A stretch of 17,083 nucleotides of DNA from an uncultured Gemmatimonadota bacterium. Lineage in GTDB: Bacteria > SM23-81. How positions within the stretch are numbered: the stretch's first letter is position 1; every line of letters starts with the position of its first letter. Below, piece after piece: positions 1-7,276 of this stretch. A program made the position numbers and the translations under genes. The notes beneath the pieces are model-generated. The model searched no databases. It saw only the letters and a list, made by a program, of their open reading frames with translations, and was not told the origin of the DNA. The stretch lies in assembly GCA_964584035.1 (NCBI GenBank), contig CAZOYL010000050.1:1-17083 (forward strand). Direction: 5' to 3'.

Positions 1-1172
1 CTCCAGTGCCAGATGATGGAGGCGTCCAGGGACATGCCGCTGATGGCGAAGCTGTCCGGATTGGCCGCCAGGCGGGCGTCGAAGCCTAAGTAGCGGGTGG
101 TGAAGGCGGCGTGGGCATAGTCGTCGTAATCATACAGCAGGCTGACATCGCAATAGGCTCTGAGCGTGTCGCCGTTGGCGTAGGCGGAATCGGGATAGTA
201 GCTGGAGTCCGGCTCGACATAGTTGGTCAGGTCCTGCTCGTCGTTGAAGTCCCAGGTGACGCCGTCATCGGACTCGATCAGGGCGATGCCGTTGTTGAGC
301 TGTGAAACCAGTAAACCGTCATAGGGTCCCAGGTTGACCGGATCGAATTGGCTCCTGGGATAGGCCAGGCCGACCTTGTTGGAGACCGGCGAGGCGGCCA
401 CGGTCTGGGCGATGCACATGACCGTGTCCACGTTGGCAAAGGCCGTGTAGGTCATCCCGCCGTCCTCGGACCGGGAATAGGCGATCCGCTGCCAGCTGGT
501 CTCGCGGTTCTCGCAGCTCATGATATGGATGAAATCCTGGCTGCAGACGGCCACATGCGGCCAGATGGTTTCGTTCCAACCGGCCAGATTGTCGATGTGG
601 TTGAGCTGAAAGGCTCCGAACCCGGGCAGGAAGTCATAGGCGATCTCGCTGTTGAAGTCCCCGGACGGGACGTCGGTGGCGTGATAGGCGACGACCGCCT
701 CACCGGTACTGAAGCCGGCGATGGTGGTGTATCCGGCGCGGTCGCCCTGATCCACCTGATACCCCACATCCGGCCATCCCAGGGTGCCGGTGGTGGGATT
801 GTAGTAGTTATAATAGATGTGACGGTCGAGCGCCTGGGCCTGGAGACCGTTCATCCAGCAGAAATGTACCCCGCCGTCGGCACTTAAATGGATCATCTTG
901 TCGATGGTGCCGTTTTGCTGATAATCGTACCAGGTCGTGCCCAGGGTGTAAGTCGCGCCCAGGGGCGCGCCCTTGGGCGCAGCCGGCTCGGTATAAGGCA
1001 CTCCGCCGGGTATCCGGGGCAGTTCGCTGTCGGGTCCGAACAGCGGGGCGGCCAGCCACATCTCCGGATTCTGGACGATGGTCACCGTCGCCAGAGCGGT
1101 TCCGCAAAGGCTGACGATTGATAAAGCGACGGTCAATGAAATGGCTACAAACAGGATCGTTAATTTCGACAT
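1..1172 (-). CDS. Secreted Asp-box (BNR)-repeat protein, probable beta-propeller; 3' end lies outside the window; not in the ORF track
   Basis: Hand translation from ATG at 1172 is open to position 1 (about 390 codons): MSKLTILFVAISLTVALSIVSLCGTALA (signal peptide)...GTTWYDYQQNG...YSRSEDGGMTY...IESDDGVTWD...IIWHW. Shine-Dalgarno AGGGAGG lies 7 nt upstream and third codon positions are GC-rich. Confidence 0.9.
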   Translation of the reverse strand, partial: MSKLTILFVAISLTVALSIVSLCGTALATVTIVQNPEMWLAAPLFGPDSELPRIPGGVPYTEPAAPKGAPLGATYTLGTTWYDYQQNGTIDKMIHLSADGGVHFCWMNGLQAQALDRHIYYNYYNPTTGTLGWPDVGYQVDQGDRAGYTTIAGFSTGEAVVAYHATDVPSGDFNSEIAYDFLPGFGAFQLNHIDNLAGWNETIWPHVAVCSQDFIHIMSCENRETSWQRIAYSRSEDGGMTYTAFANVDTVMCIAQTVAASPVSNKVGLAYPRSQFDPVNLGPYDGLLVSQLNNGIALIESDDGVTWDFNDEQDLTNYVEPDSSYYPDSAYANGDTLRAYCDVSLLYDYDDYAHAAFTTRYLGFDARLAANPDSFAISGMSLDASIIWHW

Positions 1173-1352
1173 CTCTAGGCCTCCCTGTTGAAAAATGACC
1201 TCGGGAACTCGCCGTTTGAGCGTCTCGGGGTCTTTGTTGAAAGATCAACGGAAAGTTCTCTGCCATCACCTCCTCGTTTCAGACCTGCATGGGGAAAGAG
1301 ATAACTCTGGGGGCTGTCACCAAAAAAGTGTGAACTGCCAGCAAGTGCTTAA

Positions 1353-1381
1353 AAATTAGCTCGTAAAATGTCCGGGGTCAA
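1353..1381 (-). promoter_or_regulatory. sigma70-type promoter for the Asp-box gene
   Basis: TTGACC-17 bp-TAATTT on the minus strand, just downstream of a terminator. Confidence 0.6.
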
Positions 1382-1420
1382 GGAAATTCTTCTTCAATTC
1401 CGTTAGAATTTCGTGGTGAC

Positions 1421-1459
1421 GAAGAAGGCCTTCCCGAAGATTGGGGAAGGCCCGTCTTC
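1421..1459 (-). terminator. Intrinsic terminator after the double-propeller gene
   Basis: Perfect 9-bp stem GGCCTTCCC/GGGAAGGCC (1427-1452) followed by TTCTTC on the minus strand, about 30 nt after the TAG stop. Confidence 0.75.
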
Positions 1460-1483
1460 CTGTGACACGATTGATAAACCCGT

Positions 1484-4400
1484 CTACCTGATGAGGACCA
1501 TTTTTTTCAAAGCTGCCGACTGTCCGCTGCGCAACTGACAGAAATAGATCCCGCTGGCCAGCGGAAGCCCCCGGCGATCACGGCCATCCCAACGCAGTTC
1601 ATATGAGCCGGCCCGGTGATATTCATCTGTCAGCGAGCGGACCAGCTGCCCGGTGACGTTATAGATCGCCACGCTCACATGGGTATCCCGGGTGATGGAG
1701 AATCGAATGGTGGTCTCCGGATTGAATGGATTAGGATAATTCTGTTCCAGGGTAAAGAACGCCGGCAGGGAGCTTGGCGAGGAAACGGGCTCCACCGAAG
1801 TGGCAAAAGGATTGATCTGAGCCGCGAATACGTCCCATCGGCCGGAGTTGGAGTCGCAGAAGGCGCCGCTGGTGGTGGGGAAGTCCTCGGAGAAGGTGTT
1901 TCCGGCCAGGTAGATCTGTCCGGAGGCGTCCAGGGCGATGCAGTTGGCCTCGTCGCGGTGGCTGCCGCCCAGGAAGGTGCCGTATTCTAGGTCGCTTCCG
2001 GCGGCGCTGAGCCGGGCCGCGAACACGTCGGCGACGCCGTTGTAGGTGTTATCCACGGCATCGGCGGTGGTGGGGAAGCCGTCGGATTCGGTGAACCCGG
2101 TGACGTAGATCTTGCCGGCCGGATCCAGGGTGATGTCGTAGCCCTGCTCCTCGTTTTGTCCGCCCAGGAAGGTGGACAGCACCAGCGCGCTGCCGGCGGC
2201 GTTGAGCGCAGTGACGAAGGCGTCCCGGCTGCCGTCCTGAATGGTATCCCAGGCGGCCGGGGTGGTGGGGAAGTCCTCGGCCTCGGTCCATCCGGTGACA
2301 TAGGCCTGTCCGGCCCCGTCGACGGTGATGGCAAAGCCGCGGTCGATGCCGTAGCCGCCCAGGAAGGTACAGTAGGTCAGGGCTGTGCCCGAGGCGCTGA
2401 GCTTGGCCACATAGGCGTCGGCATAATACTGGCCGCGGGTCTGGTCGAAGGCCCCGCTGGTGGCCGGGAAATCGTCCGACTCGGTGTATCCGGTGACATA
2501 GGCGTGGCCGGAGCCGTCCACGGCGATATCCATGCCGAAGTCGTCATCGTCGCCGCCCAGGTAAGTGGCCCAGTCCAGATGCGTGGCCGTGGCGTTGAAC
2601 CTGGCCACAAAGGCGTCGCCGTGATAGCCGCCGCCATAGCTGCGGTCGAGGGCCCCGCTGGTGGTGGGAAAGTCATCCGACTCGGTCACCCCGGTAACGT
2701 AGACCTGCTCGGAGGAGTCCAGGGCCACGGCGTAGCCGATGTCGTGCTCGCTGCCGCCCAGGTAGGTGGCCCAGTCCAGGGCATCGCCGGCGGTATTCAG
2801 CCTGGCCACGAAGACGTCCCGGTTGTCGTTGTGCGAGGTGTCGGCCGCCCCGGCGGTGACCGGGAAATCATCGGAGAAGGTATAGCCGGCCACCACCACG
2901 CCGAGATCCTCGGCCAGGGCCAGGTCCTCGCCATAGTCGGTCGAGGTGCCGCCTAAATAGGTGGAATAGATCAGGCTGCTGCCGGTCGGATCCAGCTTGG
3001 TCACAAAGGCATCGTAGTTGTTGCGAAGCGTGTCCCAGGCCCCGCTGGTGGTGGGAAAATCGATCGAATTGGCCTCCCCGGCCAGATAGACATACCCCGC
3101 CCCATCCACCGCCAGACCATACCCATAATCATCCCCCGTCCCCCCCAAATACGTGCTCCAGACCAAACTGCCGCCGGAGTAGGCGGTCAGGAAGAAATCC
3201 ACCGTGACGGTGTCATCCTCCGTGACCATGGCCTCCTCCGTGTGCGAGGCGTAACCCGATGCGGCGGCGGTGATATTGTATTGTCCGACGGGAAGGTCCT
3301 CGATGAGGTAGTACCCGCTGGAATTAGTGGTGCTGGCGGCCGTTGTCGCCCCGGCGGCGGTGACCGTGGCCCCGGCGATGGGGCCTTTGGCCGCGCTCAC
3401 CGTGCCCTCGATGCTGCCGAAGGTGATCTCTCCGCCGGTTCCCAATTTGGCTGCGAAGACATCCCATCGGCCGGAGTTGGAGTCGCAGAAGGCGCCGCTG
3501 GTGGTGGGGAAGTCCTCGGAGAAGGTGTTTCCGGCCAGGTAGATCTGTCCGGAGGCGTCCAGGGCGATGCAGTTGGCCTCGTCGCGGTGGCTGCCGCCCA
3601 GGAAGGTGCCGTATTCTAGGTCGCTTCCGGCGGCGCTGAGCCGGGCCGCGAACACGTCGGCGACGCCGTTGTAGGTGTTATCCACGGCATCGGCGGTGGT
3701 GGGGAAGCCGTCGGATTCGGTGAACCCGGTGACGTAGATCTTGCCGGCCGGATCCAGGGTGATGTCGTAGCCCTGCTCCTCGTTTTGTCCGCCCAGGAAG
3801 GTGGACAGCACCAGCGCGCTGCCGGCGGCGTTGAGCGCAGTGACGAAGGCGTCCCGGCTGCCGTCCTGAATGGTATCCCAGGCGGCCGGGGTGGTGGGGA
3901 AGTCCTCGGCCTCGGTCCATCCGGTGACATAGGCCTGTCCGGCCCCGTCGACGGTGATGGCAAAGCCGCGGTCGATGCCGTAGCCGCCCAGGAAGGTACA
4001 GTAGGTCAGGGCTGTGCCCGAGGCGCTGAGCTTGGCCACATAGGCGTCGGCATAATACTGGCCGCGGGTCTGGTCGAAGGCCCCGCTGGTGGCCGGGAAA
4101 TCGTCCGACTCGGTGTATCCGGTGACATAGGCGTGGCCGGAGCCGTCCACGGCGATATCCATGCCGAAGTCGTCATCGTCGCCGCCCAGGTAAGTGGCCC
4201 AGTCCAGATGCGTGGCCGTGGCGTTGAACCTGGCCACAAAGGCGTCGCCGTGATAGCCGCCGCCATAGCTGCGGTCGAGGGCCCCGCTGGTGGTGGGAAA
4301 GTCATCCGACTCGGTCACCCCGGTAACGTAGACCTGCTCGGAGGAGTCCAGGGCCACGGCGTAGCCGATGTCGTGCTCGCTGCCGCCCAGGTAGGTGGCC

Positions 4401-4882
4401 CAGTCCAGGGCATCGCCGGCGGTATTCAGCCTGGCCACGAAGACGTCCCGGTTGTCGTTGTGCGAGGTGTCGGCCGCCCCGGCGGTGACCGGGAAATCAT
4501 CGGAGAAGGTATAGCCGGCCACCACCACGCCGAGATCCTCGGCCAGGGCCAGGTCCTCGCCATAGTCGGTCGAGGTGCCGCCTAAATAGGTGGAATAGAT
4601 CAGGCTGCTGCCGGTCGGATCCAGCTTGGTCACAAAGGCATCGTAGTTGTTGCGAAGCGTGTCCCAGGCCCCGCTGGTGGTGGGAAAATCGATCGAATTG
4701 GCCTCCCCGGCCAGATAGACATACCCCGCCCCATCCACCGCCAACCCATACCCATAATCATCCCCCGTACCCCCTAAATACGTGCTCCAGCCCAGGTTGT
4801 TCTCGACAGCAGCGATTCGGCCGCCGGATACAGAGACGACCAACAGGATCACGGCCAGTGTCATCGTCAGCCTGCGGCTCAT
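1484..4882 (-). CDS. Secreted protein: signal peptide, 7-bladed SBBP-type beta-propeller, carboxypeptidase-regulatory-like (transthyretin-like) domain, second identical propeller, T9SS type A / FlgD-Ig C-terminal domain
   Basis: 14 repeats of [WYL]xT[YF]LGG..D.G..IA.D..G..YV.G.T.S.DFPTT. Linker GSIEGTV...GATV...GYYLIEDLPVGQYNITAAASGY. C-terminus FTLEQNYPNPFNPETTIRF...WDGRD..G..LASGIYF..L...KKMVLIR. SD AAGGAGG before the ATG. Confidence 0.93.
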   Translation of the reverse strand: MSRRLTMTLAVILLVVSVSGGRIAAVENNLGWSTYLGGTGDDYGYGLAVDGAGYVYLAGEANSIDFPTTSGAWDTLRNNYDAFVTKLDPTGSSLIYSTYLGGTSTDYGEDLALAEDLGVVVAGYTFSDDFPVTAGAADTSHNDNRDVFVARLNTAGDALDWATYLGGSEHDIGYAVALDSSEQVYVTGVTESDDFPTTSGALDRSYGGGYHGDAFVARFNATATHLDWATYLGGDDDDFGMDIAVDGSGHAYVTGYTESDDFPATSGAFDQTRGQYYADAYVAKLSASGTALTYCTFLGGYGIDRGFAITVDGAGQAYVTGWTEAEDFPTTPAAWDTIQDGSRDAFVTALNAAGSALVLSTFLGGQNEEQGYDITLDPAGKIYVTGFTESDGFPTTADAVDNTYNGVADVFAARLSAAGSDLEYGTFLGGSHRDEANCIALDASGQIYLAGNTFSEDFPTTSGAFCDSNSGRWDVFAAKLGTGGEITFGSIEGTVSAAKGPIAGATVTAAGATTAASTTNSSGYYLIEDLPVGQYNITAAASGYASHTEEAMVTEDDTVTVDFFLTAYSGGSLVWSTYLGGTGDDYGYGLAVDGAGYVYLAGEANSIDFPTTSGAWDTLRNNYDAFVTKLDPTGSSLIYSTYLGGTSTDYGEDLALAEDLGVVVAGYTFSDDFPVTAGAADTSHNDNRDVFVARLNTAGDALDWATYLGGSEHDIGYAVALDSSEQVYVTGVTESDDFPTTSGALDRSYGGGYHGDAFVARFNATATHLDWATYLGGDDDDFGMDIAVDGSGHAYVTGYTESDDFPATSGAFDQTRGQYYADAYVAKLSASGTALTYCTFLGGYGIDRGFAITVDGAGQAYVTGWTEAEDFPTTPAAWDTIQDGSRDAFVTALNAAGSALVLSTFLGGQNEEQGYDITLDPAGKIYVTGFTESDGFPTTADAVDNTYNGVADVFAARLSAAGSDLEYGTFLGGSHRDEANCIALDASGQIYLAGNTFSEDFPTTSGAFCDSNSGRWDVFAAQINPFATSVEPVSSPSSLPAFFTLEQNYPNPFNPETTIRFSITRDTHVSVAIYNVTGQLVRSLTDEYHRAGSYELRWDGRDRRGLPLASGIYFCQLRSGQSAALKKMVLIR
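1820..3161. repeat. Copy 2 (C-terminal propeller) of a 1.34-kb direct repeat; exact core 1833-3114
   Basis: Direct comparison with 3449-4790 at offset 1629; the shadow ORFs in other frames are also identical between copies. Confidence 0.97.
3449..4790. repeat. Copy 1 (N-terminal propeller) of a 1.34-kb direct repeat; exact core 3462-4743
   Basis: Matches 1820-3161; the only mismatches I found are 8 synonymous changes at the two edges. Confidence 0.97.
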
Positions 4883-4932
4883 GGTATTCCTCCTTCTTAT
4901 GAAATGGGTAACATCCGGTGAGATGAGATAAT

Positions 4933-4961
4933 ACCCTACACAAAACAGGACTTTAAGTCAA
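4933..4961 (-). promoter_or_regulatory. sigma70-type promoter for the double-propeller gene
   Basis: TTGACT-17 bp-TAGGGT in an AT-rich intergenic region, about 50 nt upstream of the ATG. Confidence 0.55.
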
Positions 4962-5017
4962 GGAAAATATTCGGTGATTTAATTTTGGTTTTCACTGTCG
5001 GGGGAGGAAGTAGATGT

Positions 5018-5048
5018 AAAGAAAGACCCCGGTCGGAGGGGCCGGGGT
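5018..5048 (-). terminator. Intrinsic terminator after the aminotransferase
   Basis: Stem ACCCCGG/CCGGGGT followed by CTTTCTTT on the minus strand. Confidence 0.7.
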
Positions 5049-5123
5049 GTGGGTCCTGAAAGGCAATGGCTGCGGCGGCGATGAGGAGGATCTAACTTCC
5101 GGGGTTATCCGGTCTCTCAGGAT

Positions 5124-6332
5124 TTATTTGAGCCTGGCCTTGACCGCTTTGGCCAGCCGGCGAATGCCCTCGGTGATCTCAGCCTCGTCTGGATAGGAGA
5201 AGTTCAGCCGCATGGAATGCTCGCCCCCGGAATCGGCACAGAACGCCTTTCCCAGAACATAGGCCACATCATTATTCACCGCCTCGGTGAACATTTCCTC
5301 GGTGTAGATCTCATCCGGGAGCGTCACCCAGAGAAATAGGCCGCCTTCCGGCCGGGTCCAGTGGAGGCCCTCGGCCTTGGGCATATGTGTCTCCAGCGCC
5401 TGGAGCATGATGTCTCTTTTCCTGCGGTAGACGTCGATAATGTTCTTGATCTGGGGATCGAGCAGGCCGCGTTCGATATAGCGCAGGATGATCGATTGGG
5501 TAAAGGCCGGTGTGCACAGGTCCATGGATTGCTTGGCCAGCTCCATTTTATCGATGATCTCTTTGCTGGCCAGGGCCCAGCCCAGCCGCATGCCCGGGAA
5601 GAGGATCTTGGAGAAGGTGTGCAGAGAGATGACATGTCCGCGGTCATCCAGCGACAGCAAATCCGGCGGAGCCTCTCCCTCGAAGCGCAGCTCGCGATAG
5701 GGGGTGTCCTCCAACAGGGGAAGATCATACTGATAACAGATCTCCAGCAGTTCTTGCCTTCTGCCGGTGGAAAGCGTCACACCGGCCGGATTCTGAAAAT
5801 CCGGGACGGTGTATATAAATTTGGGGAGCTGATCGGCATCGCTGAGTTCTTTAAGCTTCTGACGTAAAATATCGATCCGCATGCCCTGATCGTCCAGGGG
5901 AATGGTGATCAGGTTGGCTCGATAGGAGGCAAAGGCGTTCAGTCCGCCAAGATAACTGGGCATCTCGACGATCACGGTGTCTCCCGGATTGATGAAGATC
6001 TTGCTGATTAGCTCCAGGCCCTGTTGGGAAGCGGTGGTGATCAGGACGTTTTCCTCCGTCAGCGGCATGCCCTCTGCCGCCGCCCGCTGGGCCAGGAGCT
6101 TCCGCAGCCGGGGGTCCCCGGCGGTGAGCCCGTATTGCAGCGCTCGCTGCGGCTCTTTGGTGAGGATCTCGTTTGTGATCTCGCGGATCTTCTCCACGGG
6201 GAAAACATGCGGGTCCGGCAGGCCGCCGGCGAATGAGATCAATCCGGGTTTGTTGGTTAATTTCAGCAGTTCGCGGATGGCGCTTCGCTTCATGCTATGA
6301 GCACTCTGAGAAAAAAGCTTCTGCAGATCCAT
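5124..6332 (-). CDS. PLP-dependent aminotransferase class I/II (LysN/Aro8-like, 2-aminoadipate or aromatic amino acid type)
   Basis: Motifs SAIRELLK, ISFAGGLP, ALQYG, YTVPDFQNPAG, EDTPY, TFSKILFPGMRLGW (PLP lysine), PEGGLFLW, RLNFS. Start moved to ATG 6332 (MDLQKLFS) because GGAGG precedes it and the track start at 6494 lies inside the promoter. Confidence 0.92.
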   Translation of the reverse strand: MDLQKLFSQSAHSMKRSAIRELLKLTNKPGLISFAGGLPDPHVFPVEKIREITNEILTKEPQRALQYGLTAGDPRLRKLLAQRAAAEGMPLTEENVLITTASQQGLELISKIFINPGDTVIVEMPSYLGGLNAFASYRANLITIPLDDQGMRIDILRQKLKELSDADQLPKFIYTVPDFQNPAGVTLSTGRRQELLEICYQYDLPLLEDTPYRELRFEGEAPPDLLSLDDRGHVISLHTFSKILFPGMRLGWALASKEIIDKMELAKQSMDLCTPAFTQSIILRYIERGLLDPQIKNIIDVYRRKRDIMLQALETHMPKAEGLHWTRPEGGLFLWVTLPDEIYTEEMFTEAVNNDVAYVLGKAFCADSGGEHSMRLNFSYPDEAEITEGIRRLAKAVKARLK

Positions 6333-6484
6333 GCTCTCTGACCTCCATCTGAGAGGTTGACCGCTTTGAGATTGATTAGATATGGTCATGGGGGGGTCAG
6401 GGTGTTTGGGTTTGATTCGGTCATGTTCGCGGCCGGACAGCGCCGGGAGATTTCTGCGGGCACCGGAACCGGAATGCCATGAAC

Positions 6485-6513
6485 ATGGTATCACATTTCG
6501 GAACTTTTGTCAA
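6485..6513 (-). promoter_or_regulatory. Near-consensus sigma70 promoter with extended -10 for the aminotransferase
   Basis: TTGACA-17 bp-TACCAT with TGn immediately before the -10. Confidence 0.75.
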
Positions 6514-6531
6514 CAGAAATCCGCGAGTCGG

Positions 6532-6566
6532 AAGAGGAGGGGCCTGGCGGTCATCAGATCAGGCCC
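6532..6566 (-). terminator. Possible weak terminator overlapping the nadD stop
   Basis: GGGCCTG...CAGGCCC stem with a long loop, followed by a pyrimidine tract (CTCCTCTT) rather than a clean U run. Confidence 0.3.
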
Positions 6567-7194
6567 TGCCGGCGGGTTGTTGATACAGCTTGTTTCGCCG
6601 GATATAATTTTCCACTGCCGGCGGGACCAGATCGCGGATCGATCTCCGCCGCCGCACCCGGCGCCGGATATCCGATGATGAGATGTCCACCAGCGGTGTC
6701 TCCACCAGGGTGACCTTTTCTTTCACCTTCGGATCCAGTTTGCCCAGGTCGAACCCGGGACGGGGAATGACCACCAGCATCCCGCTGTCCAACAGGCGCT
6801 CCGGTTGTCGCCAGGTGAAGATCTCCAGAATACTGTCGGCTCCCACGATGAACAGAAGACGGTATTGACGGCCATATTGGGACTGCAGGGTGGTCATCGT
6901 TTCGAAAGTATACGATGGGCCGGTACGTGTTCTCTCCAGCTCCGACACTTCGAAGCGTTCGTTGCCCTGGATCGCCAGAGTGACCATCTGACGGCGGTCA
7001 TCCCAGGATGATAATTCAACGGTGTTTTTATGAGGCGGGTGAGCGGAGATCAGAAAGAGGACCCGAGAGAGGTGCAGCTTGTCCAGAAGAGCCTGAGCGG
7101 CGACGAGATGACCGTTATGAATGGGGTCGAAGGTGCCGCCCAGAATACCGAGGCCGGGAAGCGCCTGTTTTCTGTGGCCTGAGGTCATAGGCAT
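6559..7194 (-). CDS. nadD: Nicotinate-nucleotide adenylyltransferase
   Basis: GILGGTFDPIHNGH (HxGH), PPHK, SYTFET, FIVGADS, W..PE, RPG, DISSSDIR, V.NYI...LY. Start is 7194 or 7188. Confidence 0.95.
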   Translation of the reverse strand: MPMTSGHRKQALPGLGILGGTFDPIHNGHLVAAQALLDKLHLSRVLFLISAHPPHKNTVELSSWDDRRQMVTLAIQGNERFEVSELERTRTGPSYTFETMTTLQSQYGRQYRLLFIVGADSILEIFTWRQPERLLDSGMLVVIPRPGFDLGKLDPKVKEKVTLVETPLVDISSSDIRRRVRRRRSIRDLVPPAVENYIRRNKLYQQPAGRA

Positions 7195-7197
7195 CGA

Positions 7198-7242
7198 AAA
7201 GCCTTTCGTTTGAAAGGCTTTCGTTTAAAAGGCATCCGCTTG
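7198..7242. repeat. Three tandem 15-bp units; the first two form a perfect 10-bp hairpin
   Basis: aaagcctttcgtttg / aaaggctttcgttta / aaaggcatccgcttg; stem AAAGCCTTTC-gttt-GAAAGGCTTT at 7198-7221. Confidence 0.85.
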
Positions 7243-7276
7243 TAACGCAAAGAGTCGAAGAGCCATAGCTCCTGGT

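Noticed and set aside
808..1269. 153-aa minus-strand ORF beginning at GTG ATG beside AGGAGG
   Set aside because: The SD abuts the start, the product is Arg-rich and low in complexity, and it overlaps the real gene starting at 1172 in another frame.
1820..4790. Diversity-generating retroelement TR/VR pair
   Set aside because: The repeat is 1.3 kb and both copies are coding. Differences are synonymous and not adenine-specific, and there is no reverse transcriptase in the window.
5124..6494. MocR/GabR-type regulator (HTH fused to aminotransferase)
   Set aside because: The 54-aa extension in the track shows no winged-HTH pattern and starts inside the promoter; the protein is a stand-alone enzyme.
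7198..7242. CRISPR-like mini-array
   Set aside because: The units are 15 bp, directly adjacent with no spacers, and there are no cas genes.
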